Below, piece after piece: positions 1-13,189 of a stretch of 64,000 bases of DNA. A program made the translations under genes and the position numbers. The notes under the pieces were generated by a model that searched no databases, had not been told where the DNA came from, and saw only the letters and a program-made list of their open reading frames with translations. This DNA is from Octopus sinensis (lineage: Eukaryota): positions 18,414,001 to 18,478,000 of the forward strand of contig NC_043005.1 in NCBI RefSeq assembly GCF_006345805.1, read 5' to 3'. Each line of letters starts with the position of its first letter. Within the stretch, counting starts at the first letter, position 1.

Positions 1-13
1 CCAGTCTAGTTTC

Positions 14-14
<1 letters not shown>

Positions 15-80
<66 letters not shown>

Positions 81-88
81 TAATAATG
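15..88. repeat. (TAA)n microsatellite
   Basis: Direct reading of the tract. Confidence 0.95.
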
Positions 89-94
89 ATTCCA

Positions 95-304
95 TATTTT
101 GGCACAAAGCCAGTAATTTCGGGGAAGGGGAACAAATCGGTTACACCAATTCCACAGCTAGGATGGTACTTATTTTATCGATCCCGAAGGGAGAAAAGGG
201 CAAAGTTGGCCTCAGCGGAATTTGAATTCAGAACATAAAGACGGACAAAATCAATCAAAAGCATTTTGCCCAACGTGCTAACGATTCTGCCAGCTCACCG
301 CCTT
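95..304 (-). mobile_element. Family A tRNA-derived SINE, diverged, type-2 tail
   Basis: Reverse complement reads AAGGCGGTGAGCTGGCAGAATCGTTAGCACG...GAATTCAAATTCCGCTGAGGCCAACTTTGCC...GGGATCGATAAAATAAGTACCA, matching the other family A copies. Confidence 0.85.
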
Positions 305-337
305 AATAACAACAGCAATAACAACAATACTTTTTTT

Positions 338-546
338 CTATTATAGGCACAAGACCTGAAATTTTTTGGCGAAAGGGCCAATCGATTATATCTACCGCAG
401 CGCGCAACTGGTATATAATATATTGTCCTCGAAGGGATGAAGGGCAAAGTCAACCTCGGCAGAATATGAAGTCAGAACGTAGCGACAGACAAAATACTGC
501 TAAGCATTCTTCCAGCGTGTTAGCAATTCTGCCAGCTCGCCGCCTT
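338..546 (-). mobile_element. Family A SINE, diverged, type-2 tail
   Basis: Same head (AAGGCGGCGAGCTGGCAGAA) and core; tail ...CAGGTCTTGTGCCTATAATAGAA. Confidence 0.85.
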
Positions 547-2464
547 AACAACAACAACAACAACAACAAGAACAACAACAATAATAATATTAATAGAAAG
601 AAGATGAAGAAAAAGTGCAGCAACAGCAAAAACAATTACTATGGTAATCAAAAGGGATTTCTTACAGTTTTTCGTATTCCCTTTTAATTTAATTTTCGAT
701 ACGAATGATGGTTTTATTTATAATTTACAATCTTATATACGCGATTCTAATCATATTTATTACTTCGATAGTATATGGACGACAAACATACATACGTATA
801 ATTTCATATTGGTACTATATGCATCGTGAAGTCCATTGGTCCATAAGTAAATGAATGAAGCGAAAATACATACAAGGTTCAATAATCTAATTCGAATTTT
901 ATTTCCTTTTATGAAGACAAGTTTAATAAAACTGTTCAGCCTCCTGGGAAACAGATTTGGCCAACAATTAGCTGCTATAAGAATCTTTATCATAAAACGC
1001 TTGTTATGAATACAACTGTAACCATTCAAACGTTATTTATTTATATATCAACGAGGCACTTCCAAAAGAAATTATAGCTTATTTAACCAGTATATAGGAA
1101 AAATTTGATTAGGTGATGATATATTGAAATTTGTTCATTCTTCAATTTCAGCAATTAAAAAGAATGTATATTTTCAAAAACAGAGGACCAGAACCATAAA
1201 AAGTTTATGATTAATTCTATCACAGACCACAATAGCTTATGTTTTGTTATGTTTTCATCCCTTATAATCTAGGTGTGTTGCAAAAGTGGGGTGTGTTTCT
1301 CTCCTCTCTATGCCTAAGTGAACGTGTTTGCTACCGTATAACTACGAAACATTCTTCATAATAACGCGTTTTCTCAACAAATAGAATTTTAGGAAGGAAC
1401 CAGATTTGAATTGACTTCACTAAACTAAGTTTAATATATGGGACATGATTCTCTATTACAATTTGGAATATCGATTGTCAAATGCAAGTAATGCTTGTTG
1501 CCACTTCAACATAGCTGTTTCGTACGAATAGCTGTTACTGCGATTTCTTTACCCCAAGAGGACATTTTCTCAAGCTGGAAAATTATGCAACCCGCAACCG
1601 ATATATTGCGAGCAGGGGAGCGGATCCGTATCACTTTCTAGCGACAGGAACAAATTAATGTCAATTACATTTTTCAGAAATTACTAAGATGCTTCTTAGT
1701 GTTTTATACACAGCCTATTCCATCATTATTTAGAGTTCTGCTTTTGAACTCACATTTTATATCAAAAATTTTTTATTTGTTTTATTCCAAAGCATTTCGC
1801 AGAAATCTGACAATTCAATATACTGACTTTACTTTTCAAATAATTTGTAAAAAGGAAGAAAGAATTTGAATTTTTCTATTGATTTTTTAATCTAGATAAA
1901 ATAAATCTTCTCTCATTATATTTACATAGTGATCATTCATCTTTTCAGTGCTGTCATATTTCTTTCTCCGTATAAACCTTGTTTTCTTCCTCTTCTTTAT
2001 ACAACTAACATTTTTCTCTTTTTTCCTTTTGTTATTTTTCAACATTTATGCAAATGTAATTCTATCTTATTCGTCTTCCTCGCTTTTTTCGCCCTACTTT
2101 CTTTTAGATAATCATAAGCCTTAAAACGTTCCTAATGAATATACACCTCCCACCTATAACATTAACGTAAATGATTGTGTCCATCATTATCAGAGTTCAG
2201 GGAATAGTCTGCATACAACCAGCGAAAGTAGTACAAACGCTCCTTTCTTTCTACGTCTTCATCTTCATTCATTTTCTTTTCAACTCCTGTTTCACTATTT
2301 TTGTTCTTCACTCTTTCCTTTCCTGGTCATGCAATGCTACTTCGAAATTTTGTTCGTTAACACATTTTTCAAATATAATTCCTTTGTGTGGCATCTTGAG
2401 CAAGAAAATTCACTCATAGAATGGACTGTACTTCTTTTTGCGTGGTAGAATACGTCTCGGCTCA

Positions 2465-3071
2465 AAGGCGGCGAGCTGGCAGAAACGTTAGCACGCTGGG
2501 CGAAATGCTTAGCGGTATTTCGTCTGCAGCTACGTTCTGAGTTCAAATTCCGCCGAAGTCAACTTTGCCTTTTATCATTTCGGAATCGATTAAATAAGTA
2601 CCAGTTACGTATTGGGGTTGATATAATCGACTTAATCCGTTTTTCTGTCCTTGTTTGTCGCCTCTGTGTGTAGCCCCTTGTGGGGAGTAAAGAAATAGAA
2701 ATAGGTAGTTTGTCTGCCGCTACGTTCTGAGCTCAAATTACGCCGAGGTCAACTTTGCCTTTCATCCTTTCGGGGTCGATTAAATAAGTACCAGTTACGC
2801 ACTGGGGTCGATATTATCGACTTAATCAGTTTTTCTGTCCCTGTTTGCCCTCTCTGTATTTAGCTCCTTGTGGGTAGTAAAGAAATAGGTATTTCGTGTC
2901 CTGTTACGTTCTGAGTTTAAATTCCGCCGAGGTCGACTTTGCGTTTCATCTTTTCGGGGTGGATTAAATAAGTACCAGTTACGTACTGGGGTCGACGTAA
3001 TCGAATTAATCCGTTTGTCTGTCCTTGGTTTACCCCTCTGTGTGTAGCCCCTTGTGGGCACTAAAGAAATA
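2465..3071 (+). mobile_element. Family A SINE trimeric array (head plus three ~180-230 bp units)
   Basis: Units join at AAAGAAATA|GGTA (2704, 2888). The whole array is flanked by an 18-bp TSD: AGAATACGTCTCGGCTCA (2447-2464) and AGAATACGTCTCGACTCA (3072-3089). Confidence 0.92.
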
Positions 3072-3460
3072 AGAATACGTCTCGACTCAGTGCATATAGT
3101 TCTTGTATGTCCTTCAGAGAGTCTAGATATGTTGCAAGCATTTCGATCAGAAGTTCGATCTATTGGTTAACTATTTAAACGTGAATTTTTAAACCCTTTA
3201 CCACATTAAACACCGAGGAACCCATGGAAATGTTATGATTAATGCATAAACGTATCTTGGTAAATAATGAAAACAAATATAATTGAATATCGGTTAATGA
3301 TGACTGACGTGTTTGATCAACCTTTGAAGAACAAATCTATTGAGAATAGGTTAAATGCCAGGGACTTTATAGCTTAAGAGCCCGTGGGATTTTTATTATA
3401 TTAGGTTATATACACATAAATACACAGACGCACAAACACACTTTATGTATATATATATAT

Positions 3461-3524
<64 letters not shown>

Positions 3525-4129
3525 TGTGTTTGTGCATCTGTGTGTTGTGCATCCATATATATATGGAGAGAGAGAAGAATATATGCATATATACGCAAAG
3601 ATACGGACACCTTACACACTGTTACAGACGTAATCACACACAGTCATATAGACATATAAAACACACCTGCGTAGAAGGTTGTGGAAGACACAAGCAGAAA
3701 ACACACATATATACATTCACTCAGATTCACATGCGCAGACATATGGAGTGTATTAAAGAATCAACAAACACTAATTCAATTTTCTTAGAATAATTGATTG
3801 TGTCAAGTATTTCTTCATGCTGTTTTCTTTTTTATTATTGTTTTACATTTTGCTTTTGTTAATGTTGTTGTTGTCCATATTGTTATAAGGCATGTTCTTA
3901 ATAGTGTTGTGGTTGATATCATTTTTCATAAAATAGCTACAGAAGTTGTTATGACAATTGGAATCGTTTTAGCTGTTGCAGTTTTTATTAAAAGAGATTT
4001 TTCTTTAATTGCAGGTGTTAGTACTAGTGTTGTTATAATTGATTATGCATGATGTTGTTTAGTCCTCTATAAATGCCATCCCTTTGCAATATTCTTTGAA
4101 ATCAATTAAAATAGAGTTGGTGAAATCTC

Positions 4130-5345
4130 AATATTTACATTTGTATGCTCTGCTTGCTCTTATTCTAGCAGTATTAACTCTTCGCTCGATAAACTTTCAC
4201 TATGAGACACAAGAAGCTCAATTACACCACCCTCTATGATTTCCTCAAACTCTAAAACATTTGCAATTATTAAAATGCCTTCTCAAAATTAATACAGATT
4301 TTCTGCTTGTGGAAAACTTATATGTCGCGAGTACAGTTTGGCCATATATTTTTCCAGGCACCATTCAAAGTTGAGGAATACAATTATAGTATAACTCAGC
4401 TATGTTATGTGTGAGTTACGAGACGAGTAAACTCTTCAGCAAAGTATCCATTGCGGTGAATTATTTCCAGGAGTCTCTTTAACTGTTTATCTTCTGTGTG
4501 AGTTATCAACCGTGTGAGTTGGCGCATTGCATACAAGGAGCAACGTTTTGTTGAAAATATTGTGCCTCACACCCTATGTTTCTACGGCAGCCAAAAAATA
4601 TTTGTAAATCACTTTTCGGAAAGGCTCTTTTTTATTCATACATTTTTATTTCCACATCAAATTAAAGATAAATTAAACATGGCATGACTCTTCAAAGCTC
4701 TTCCATATACGAGTAGATCCTTTTATTTCATATCGCCGACGGCATTTCTTCACAGAGGAAGCTTCAGATAATTTTTGGAATTTTAAAATCATGTTGTTGA
4801 CTTTTCTTCTTAAGAAATAAAATGCTAACAGACTTGAGATTCTGGTAAAATGCAGTTTTCTCAACATTGAGTGCATACTGTGGTATGTTGTCCCCTTTAG
4901 TAATCAGGTGCTCAGCTAATTAGTCACAGCTTCTTTATCAGTGCTAACATCTTGAATATCTGCTTAAACGTTTCTTACATGACTTTACAAGTCAGTGAAT
5001 GTTTTCATTAGAAGTTTCACCTTTTTACTGCAAATCATCATAGAGACATTTGGCCTTTTTTAATTGCTCTCGTGCTTATCGGCACATTACGTTGAGTGTG
5101 ATCTTCGAGCGATATAGTCAAGGACCGTTCCATTTTGAATTTCCCATTAAATCTATGGAAACATGTGATGGCAACAATAAAAGGGCTAGCCTCTTGAGCA
5201 CTTAACATAATTTCCTTTCCATTCTCAAGTATTGTTCGCTCTGCGGACGTCAACAATGTGGCTGACTTTTCACTTGCGTCAACTCTTTTCTAAAACATCA
5301 AGATATCTAGAGAAATTACTCTGCTGCTCTTTTTCGCACTTCAAT
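4130..5345 (-). pseudogene. Decayed Tigger/pogo-family transposase
   Basis: Fragmented translation follows the Tigger domain order: KKSSRVISL (HTH start), MERSLTISLEDHTQRNVPIST (CENP-B HTH), ALNVEKTAFY (~FNVDET), NAVGDMK*KDLLVY, TLLLVCNAPTH (~LLLDNAPGH), TLNGAWKNIWP, ELLVSHSESLSSEEL. Many stops and frameshifts. Confidence 0.85.
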
Positions 5346-5845
5346 CTTCAGTTCTACTTGGTGGCTTCTTTAGGCAAGGTTAATCCGATAGCAGAGACAA
5401 ACATCAATTATCTACAGCAAAGATATAGCAAAAACCAAAAGAAGCATAGAATTAATATGCCTGAGCAAAATTTTATTCCTAAGGTTATAAGAAAGTAAGT
5501 GGGATATAGGGGTTCAGAGGAAGATGGGATGATTCATTTGGTAGTAGCTGAGGTGCTCGCTGCATTTTTTGTGTTACCGATGGTGGTGACACCGATGTTT
5601 GTGGTAGTGGTTATATTGCTTTTGTAAATTGTATTTTATCTTTAGACGCAAGTCAAACCTTTTCATCTAAGGTCATAGATATTTTACTCAAAATTTGAAA
5701 TATATTAAAAATATATATTATCTTATATGATTGCTTATTTTGTTCTTAATATGCTTAGTTTCGCTCGCAATATGTTTACTCAATGATTGTTGAATTATAC
5801 ATGCGTACATACATACATAAATACATATATACATATATACATACA

Positions 5846-5880
<35 letters not shown>

Positions 5881-6315
5881 GTATATATATGAGTATATAT
5901 AAGTGTGTGCGTGTGTGTTTGTGTGTGTGTGTGTGTGCAAAGAAAAGAAAATTTAGAAAATGGAGATATAGCATTAATATAATTTATTATCTGCAAGAAT
6001 CCAACATATTCTCTTACAGCTGTTTCAATTTAGTTAAAAGATTAAATTACAATAATTGAATCATAATATTAGGCAAAATCTCATCAGAGGGTGTAGAAAA
6101 GATATACTGTTAGATGATTAGATGTTGTGCTTTCGAATCATCTCAGCAGATTGAATATTATTTTGGGGCTAATATTTGTATAAACTTGGGCCAGGGGGTC
6201 ATAGGTTGTTCTAGTGGGTAATGGATAATGTGAATAAAATCTGGGTAATAATTTATTCATAGAATTGAGGAAAATTAATGTGAAAAATTAGATAAAACAT
6301 CTTTTAACACATTGC

Positions 6316-6367
<52 letters not shown>

Positions 6368-6741
6368 TGTGTGTGTGTGTGTGTGTATATGCACGTACAT
6401 ATTCATAGAAATGCACATCTAAGTAACAATATATGCATGTATGTAAATATACATACACATATACACACTTAAATCTCACGTATACAAATATTGGATACAA
6501 ATATATGTAAAGTACGCTCACATGAAAATACACGTACACTTATTAGCGTGAACGAATGCGTATAAATAACCACATAACCACACATATGTGTATATATACG
6601 CATACATACGCATTCATGTACCTACGTTTATATATACTCACTTATAGATGTATATGTCAACAATTATACATAACACACATTATTTCGTAAAGCTTCTACA
6701 CCATTATACACATACACACACAAATACACACACATACACAC

Positions 6742-6795
<54 letters not shown>

Positions 6796-6854
6796 TGTAC
6801 ATACATATATATATATATATTATTATATATATATATATAATATATATATATACA

Positions 6855-6891
<37 letters not shown>

Positions 6892-7086
6892 ATATATATA
6901 TATATATATATATATCTATATATATATATATATATATATACATGTACATACATATATAATCAAGAATTACATACATATGCAAATTATGATTCTCGCACCG
7001 CTGGCAAATATTGATATCGACCAACCAAAGACAAAACAATTTGATTGGCCAAGTATTTTAAAATAGGAAGCGTTCTTGTATTGTAT

Positions 7087-7411
7087 CTTAAGACTCCGCC
7101 GGTTACGACGACGAGGGTCCCAGCTGATACGATCAACGGAACAGCTTGCTCGTGAAATTAACGTGCAAATGGCTGAGCATTCCACAGACACGTGTACCCT
7201 TAACGTAGTTCTCGGGGATAATCAGCGTGACACAGAGAGTGACAAGGCTGACCCTTTGAAATACAAGTACAACTCATTTTTGCCAGCTGAGTGGACTGGA
7301 GCAACGTGAAATAAAGTGTCTTGCTCAAGGACACAACGCGTCGCCGGGACTCGAACTCACAACCTTACGATCATGAGCCGAATGCCCTAACCACTAAGCC
7401 ACGCGCCCTCA
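7087..7411 (-). mobile_element. Family B tRNA-derived (CORE-like) SINE, full length
   Basis: A box TGGCTTAGTGG, B box GAGTTCGAGTCC, CORE-like GTGTCCTTGAGCAAGACACTT; 12-bp TSD CTTGTATTGTAT (7075-7086 and 7412-7423). Confidence 0.9.
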
Positions 7412-7642
7412 CTTGTATTGTATAATTAAGTAGATCTAACGGAAAAACAAAGATACTTTGTTTATAAAATGAAATGCCCCTTATATCACTGAAAATAATA
7501 TTATTTTGGGATAATGTCGCTTGTGACATCAATAATACTTTTAAATGTTAAACTTGAATATATAAGGGAGGTAATTATTAATTATTACATATATATTATA
7601 TATTATATATATATATATATATATTATATACATGTACATATA

Positions 7643-7704
<62 letters not shown>

Positions 7705-7868
7705 ATATATATATATAATATATACATGTACATACATATATAATCAAGAATTACATACATATGCAAATTATGATTCTCGCACCGCTGGCAAATATTGATA
7801 TCGACCAACCAAAGACAAAACATTTGATTGGCAAGTATTTTAAAATAGGAAGCGTTCTTGTATTGTAT

Positions 7869-8192
7869 CTTAAGACTCCGCCGGTTACGACGACGAGGGT
7901 CCCAGCTGATACGATCAACGGAACAGCTTGCTCGTGAAATTAACGTGCAAATGGCTGAGCATTCCACAGACACGTGTACCCTTAACGTAGTTCTCGGGGA
8001 TAATCAGCGTGACACAGAGAGTGACAAGGCTGACCCTTTGAAATACAAGTACAACTCATTTTTGCCAGCTGAGTGGACTGGAGCAACGTGAAATAAGTGT
8101 CTTGCTCAAGGACACAACGCGTCGCCGGGACTCGAACTCACAACCTTACGATCATGAGCCGAATGCCCTAACCACTAAGCCACGCGCCCTCA
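7869..8192 (-). mobile_element. Family B SINE, copy inside the tandem duplication
   Basis: Same sequence and same TSD as 7087-7411. Confidence 0.9.
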
Positions 8193-8434
8193 CTTGTATT
8201 GTATAATTAAGTAGATCTAACGGAAAAACAAAGATACTTTGTTATAAAATGAAATGCCCCTTATATCACTGAAAATAATATTATTTTGGGATAATGTCGC
8301 TTGTGACATCAATAATACTTTTAAATGTTAAACTTGAATATATAAAGGGAGGTAATTATTAATTATTACATATATATATATATATATATATAAATATATA
8401 TATATATACATGCATATATATATATGCATATATA

Positions 8435-8491
<57 letters not shown>

Positions 8492-9336
8492 GATGTGTTT
8501 TTTCGTTATATCTTATCATAGCTAAAATTACAGATGAGGAGTAAAAATAGCGAGAGTAAGTTTAGCATCAAAAATTTTAGATTATCATGAATAACAATAT
8601 TAACAGTTAAATAATATGTAACCAATCAAAACATTGTTCATACACCAAGTGAAGGTACTATGTTAGACACACATGTATATATATATATATACTTATATAT
8701 ATATGTGTATATATATATATTATATATATATTATATATATATATATATACAAAAATATACATATGCATATGTATACCTATATATACATATATACATTTAT
8801 ATCGGCTCATTACATATAAGTAAGTTTATGTATTCAACTAAATACGCATATATATCAAAAAATTCATAGGTATAATTACGCGTCCATTCACATATATATA
8901 TGTGTATCAGACTACAGAAAATGTAATGCGCATAAAAATTTTCATATATATACAGTCCCGTTGCACACAAATCACTACATATGTTGATATTGACATGGAC
9001 GCTTGTGTTAAATTTAATAGTATTATGAAAAATGCCATATAATTTAATATTTAGCTATTAATAAGATTATTAATTAAATTGATATTGCTATCTGAATAAT
9101 TATGGAATTTGCATATGTGTTACAAAATATGATTTTTCAAATACTTTCATTATATATATAAGGTGAAGTCTAATATATTATATATATGAATAGCGTTTAA
9201 TCTAATATTCATTTATATATTTTAGAAATATACTCCTGATGTGCACAGTAGTCTATCTATCATATTTGGTTAGTATAGAAATATACTGGGTGTCATTTTT
9301 TTCTGGTGATGTAATACAGTAATATTAAAGAGCGTT

Positions 9337-10289
9337 AAGGCGGCGAGCTGGTGGAATCGTTAGCATGCCGAGCGAAATGATTAGCGGTATTTCGTCTGCG
9401 TTACGTTGTGAGTTCAAATTCCGCCGAGGTCGACTTTGCCTTTCATCCTTTCGGGGTCGATAAATTAAGTACCAGTTACGTACTGGGGTCGATGTAATCG
9501 ACTTAATACCTATGTCTGTCCTTGTTTGTCCCCTCTATGTTTAGCGCCTTGTCGGTAATAAAGAAATAGGTATTTCGTCTGCCGCTACGCACTGGGGTCG
9601 ATGTAATCGACTTAATCCGTTTGTCTGACCTTGTTTCTACCCTCTGTGTTTAGCCCCTTGTGGGTAGTAAAGAAATAGGTATTTCGTCTGCCTTTACGTT
9701 CTGAGCTCGAATTAGGTCGAGGTCGATTTTGCCTTTCATCCTTTTGGGGTCGATAAATTAAGTAGCAGTTAAGAACTGGGGTCGATGTTATCGGCTTAAT
9801 CCCATTGTCCGTACTTGTTTGTCCCCTCTTTGTTTAGCCCCTTGCGGGCAATAAAGAAATAAGAAATGTCAGCACACCGGGCGAAATGCTTAGCGGCGAG
9901 CTGGTAGAAACGTTAGCACGCCGGGCGAAATGCTTAGCAGTATTTCATCTGCCGTTACGTTCTGAGTTCAAATTCCGCCGAGGTCGACTTTGCCTTTCAT
10001 CCTTTCTGGGTCGATAAATTAAGTACCAGTCACGCGCTGGAGTCGATATAATCGACTTAATCCGTTTGTCTGTCCTTGTTTACCTTCTCTGTGTTTAGCC
10101 CCTTGTGGGTAGTAAAGAAATAGGTATTTCGTCTATCTTTGCGTTCTAAGTTCAAATTCCGCCGGGGTATACTTTCCCTTTCATGCTTTCGGGGCGATAA
10201 ATTAAGTACCAGTTGCGCACTGGGGTCAATCTAATCCACCAGCCCCCTTCCAAAAATTTTGGACCTTGTGCCTAGAGTAGATGAAAAAG
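9337..10289 (+). mobile_element. Family A SINE multimeric array (~5 units) ending in a type-2 tail
   Basis: Junctions at 9569, 9678, 9862, 9895 and 10123. Flanked by a diverged 16-bp TSD: AATATTAAAGAGCGTT (9321-9336) and AATATTAAAGAACATT (10290-10305). Confidence 0.92.
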
Positions 10290-10624
10290 AATATTAAAGA
10301 ACATTAAAATAAAATATCAAATGATATACGAAGATATTTATATAAAAATATATATATAAATATATATGATGGAGGATTAAATATATGCAAAAGATATATT
10401 ATTATGATGATGTGAGTGCATATCTTATGCTGATTTGCATTTGAAGATTTATTATAATATTTAATGAAAATAGTTACGTGGAAAATATCAGATACAAAAA
10501 TTATCAAGGGTAGCAATTCCATTCTGGAATATTGGATAACTGATATAAAGGTTAGCAATGGTTTAAGGTAAAATAGTATTAGAAAATTAATCATTATGTG
10601 TACAAAACTTTAATCAGTAGAAAT

Positions 10625-10877
10625 TATTGGGTCGGTGCATAAATATTTTGACATTTTTCAACAAATTTTATTCAGCAAAAACTATAACAATATTTAACAA
10701 AAACATATTTAAATGATGGGCTGACCGTCTGCCAAGCAAATCGGAAGCAGTAATTGAAGTAGACGGTGAATATGCTCCGGAATAATCATTAAAAGATGTT
10801 GTAGTTGCATACTGTTATTGTTTTTTTTAATGAAATCTATTGGCAAAAAAGCCGCAATAATATGTACCAACCAAATA
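10625..10877 (+). mobile_element. Internally deleted mariner (MITE-like)
   Basis: Imperfect TIRs TA-TTGGGTCGGTGCATAAATATT... / ...AATAATATGTACCAACCAAA-TA. Retains a mariner C-terminus, RLPSK(x)EAVIEVDGEYAPE*. Confidence 0.75.
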
Positions 10878-11232
10878 GTTCTTATAGTGTTGGGACTTAT
10901 GTGTAAAGGAATAATAATAGACTTAGGTATATATGTTAAATTTTTATTAGTTAGGTAAGAATCAGGGGGGAGGGGTTTATTTATAAAGGTAGCTATGGGA
11001 TTAGAGGGGTATGTACAAGCGATCTAGTGAGTGAGACAAAGAATGATTATTATTGAATAAACAAAGTAATTAAGATTTTGAAGATACTTATATTTCTACG
11101 TGAACATATGAAATGCTTTCCTCGTTTCAACGATTGAATAGGGTATTTCAGGTATAATTATATCTATAAATTTATATATTTTTATACGTTTTTAGTTGAA
11201 TACATACGCTTATTTATATGTAATATGCTTAT

Positions 11233-11312
11233 ATTAAAGATAAATTAAACATGGTGTGATTCTTCAAGGCTCTTGAATATACCAGTAGGTGCGTTTATTT
11301 CATATTGCCTAA
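11233..11312 (-). mobile_element. Short Tigger transposase fragment related to 4661-4737
   Basis: Gapless alignment, 53/64 identical to 4673-4736; reads GNMK*THLLVYSRALKNH. Confidence 0.7.
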
Positions 11313-11594
11313 TATAATGATTGAGTTACTGTATTTTAATCTTTTAGCTAAATTGAAACAGCTGTAAGAGAATATGTTGGATGTTTATAGATAATAAATT
11401 ATATTAATGCTATACCTCCATTTTCTAAATTTTTGTTTTTCTTTCATGATTATTTTTAAACCAAGATTTGTATTTAGACGCATCATATCATGAATATCAC
11501 TATTCAAAAAGATATTAGGCAATGAAACAGTAATTCATTGGATATTACTATCCTATAATGAGGCTATTTTAACCTCTAAGTAAATATATATATG

Positions 11595-12095
11595 GTAGCG
11601 GCTGCCCCTCGTTATCGAGTATGGCCATTGCACGAAGCTTAATCAATGTTGTTATCGTGCAATGCCTGTGCAAGAAGATTTCTTTTTAAAGTGGGGAAAA
11701 GCTGTGCACTGAGTCAATCCCATTCACTAAGCAACACCAGCCATAATCCGTAAAGAATAACAAGTCAACATCATCGGTAACCACTAAGCCGCAGGTTTTA
11801 TATCGGAGTTATCCCAGTTACCTGAGTTGCCTTCTTCTAGAAGGATGTCTTAACAAAGGCTAGGAGTCCTTCACTCCCAATGGTTTAACCGCGCGATCGG
11901 GTATTCAGTCCGATTATTTCTATGTCCTCGCGCATGATCCAGTCTTAAGACATTTATTGGATGGCCGTTGACTCTCAAGAGTTTCTCCGCCCTTTGGCGG
12001 GTTTCGTTTTTCATCCCGCAGGGTGTCTAATAAACACCCTCCTCACCAAGCAAGCTTGGTGGGGTTGCCGGTTTAGTCGCCGACGACCCGACCAT
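11595..12095. mobile_element. Interspersed repeat, probably an RTE-type LINE UTR fragment
   Basis: GC-richer island; motifs such as GTTATCGAGTATGGCCATTG and CCTTCTTCTAGAAGG...CAAAGGCT recall RTE UTRs. Recognised from memory; no ORF. Confidence 0.4.
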
Positions 12096-12122
12096 GAAAT
12101 ATATATATATATACATACATAC

Positions 12123-12204
<82 letters not shown>

Positions 12205-12205
12205 T

Positions 12206-12249
<44 letters not shown>

Positions 12250-12479
12250 CATACATATATATATATATATGTATATATACATATGTGTGTGTATGTATGT
12301 ATGTTGTCTGAACAACTCCTGTGCCTTGCCTACACTTTAGATTCATCATGGCGTCTAATGTGGATTTTTAAACCAGACAATCTATTCAAAAGACATCCAC
12401 ATAGATTGCATATCTAATCTGGACCACCAACAGCTGCAGTTAAGTCCTGATCTTTGCATATCTTAAAATGTCTTTTGAG

Positions 12480-13020
12480 GCCTGAAGTTATCTATGATAT
12501 TCCCATTGTTTGGATCTTTATTTTTAGCAGAGCCATCGCTCCTCGCTTTACAGAGTCGCCTCCAAACATGTCTGGCATATGACAATAAAGTTCGTAGGGC
12601 AGACCATCCAAACCTGGCGACTTGTCTCCCACGCAGCCTGCCATAGCATCCCATACGTCCGCAGCTTTAATGGGTCTTTCGCCACAGTTGCCGAGGGTCA
12701 TGGGAGGCTATGCAGGTAGGCACTAAAGTCCACTCTGCCTTCTGACCCACCATTTGTCCCGAACAGTCGGGCAAAGTGTTGTTGAAAGGACTCACATATC
12801 CTTTCAGGCTCGAGTAATTCGCGCCCCTGTTAATCTGTCAAAGATATAATGGTGCCTTTGTTGCCTCGTTGCGCCGCGTCTACTCAGGCCCCTCGGGCAG
12901 CTCCAACTCTTGGTTCCTCAGAGCACGCAATCTAGCTCTGACAACGCATCCTTCGTATTTGGCGTTGAAGTGTGGGTCGAGGGCGAACCTCGCTACCAGT
13001 AGGTTGGACGCAATGCCAGC
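12480..13020 (-). pseudogene. Tx1/L1-clade LINE ORF2 fragment (linker and start of RT)
   Basis: FNAKYEGCVVRARLRAL ... DVWDAMAGCVGDKSPGLDGLPYELY ... DNFRP; KSPGxDG and NFRP are L1/Tx1 RT motifs. Frameshifted. Confidence 0.85.
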
Positions 13021-13098
13021 TCTAAGTGCTTATACTAATTTCTGAACGAGGTCTCCTATTCTATTTCGGTAGATAAATAGATATGTACAACGATAGAT

Positions 13099-13188
<90 letters not shown>

Positions 13189-13189
13189 G

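Larger units (their letters stand above)
6930..8370. repeat. Near-identical ~782-bp tandem duplication bounded by (TA)n tracts
   Basis: Identical ORFs at 7076 and 7858 (offset 782). The differences seen are single-base indels. Confidence 0.95.

Noticed and set aside
641-1260. Hydrophobic minus-strand ORF pieces resembling a membrane receptor
   Set aside because: Multiple stops, no recognisable motif or splice pattern; hydrophobicity is expected from AT richness. The same applies to ORF 10304-10594.
2165-2400. Charged minus-strand reading (KKMNEDEDVERKERLYYFRW)
   Set aside because: Needs a frameshift, has a weak donor and no recognised homology.
2465-10289. Regular ~180-bp repeats resembling CRISPR or snRNA arrays
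   Set aside because: There are no unique spacers and the DNA is eukaryotic; the units are SINE bodies.
11245-11308. Apparent duplicated terminal exon (QYEINAPTGIFKSLEESHHV*), with a paralogue at 4673-4736
   Set aside because: Ten of the 11 differences are non-synonymous in that frame. Another frame reads as Tigger transposase (GDMK*..LLVY.RALK) with a shared stop, so both are transposon debris.
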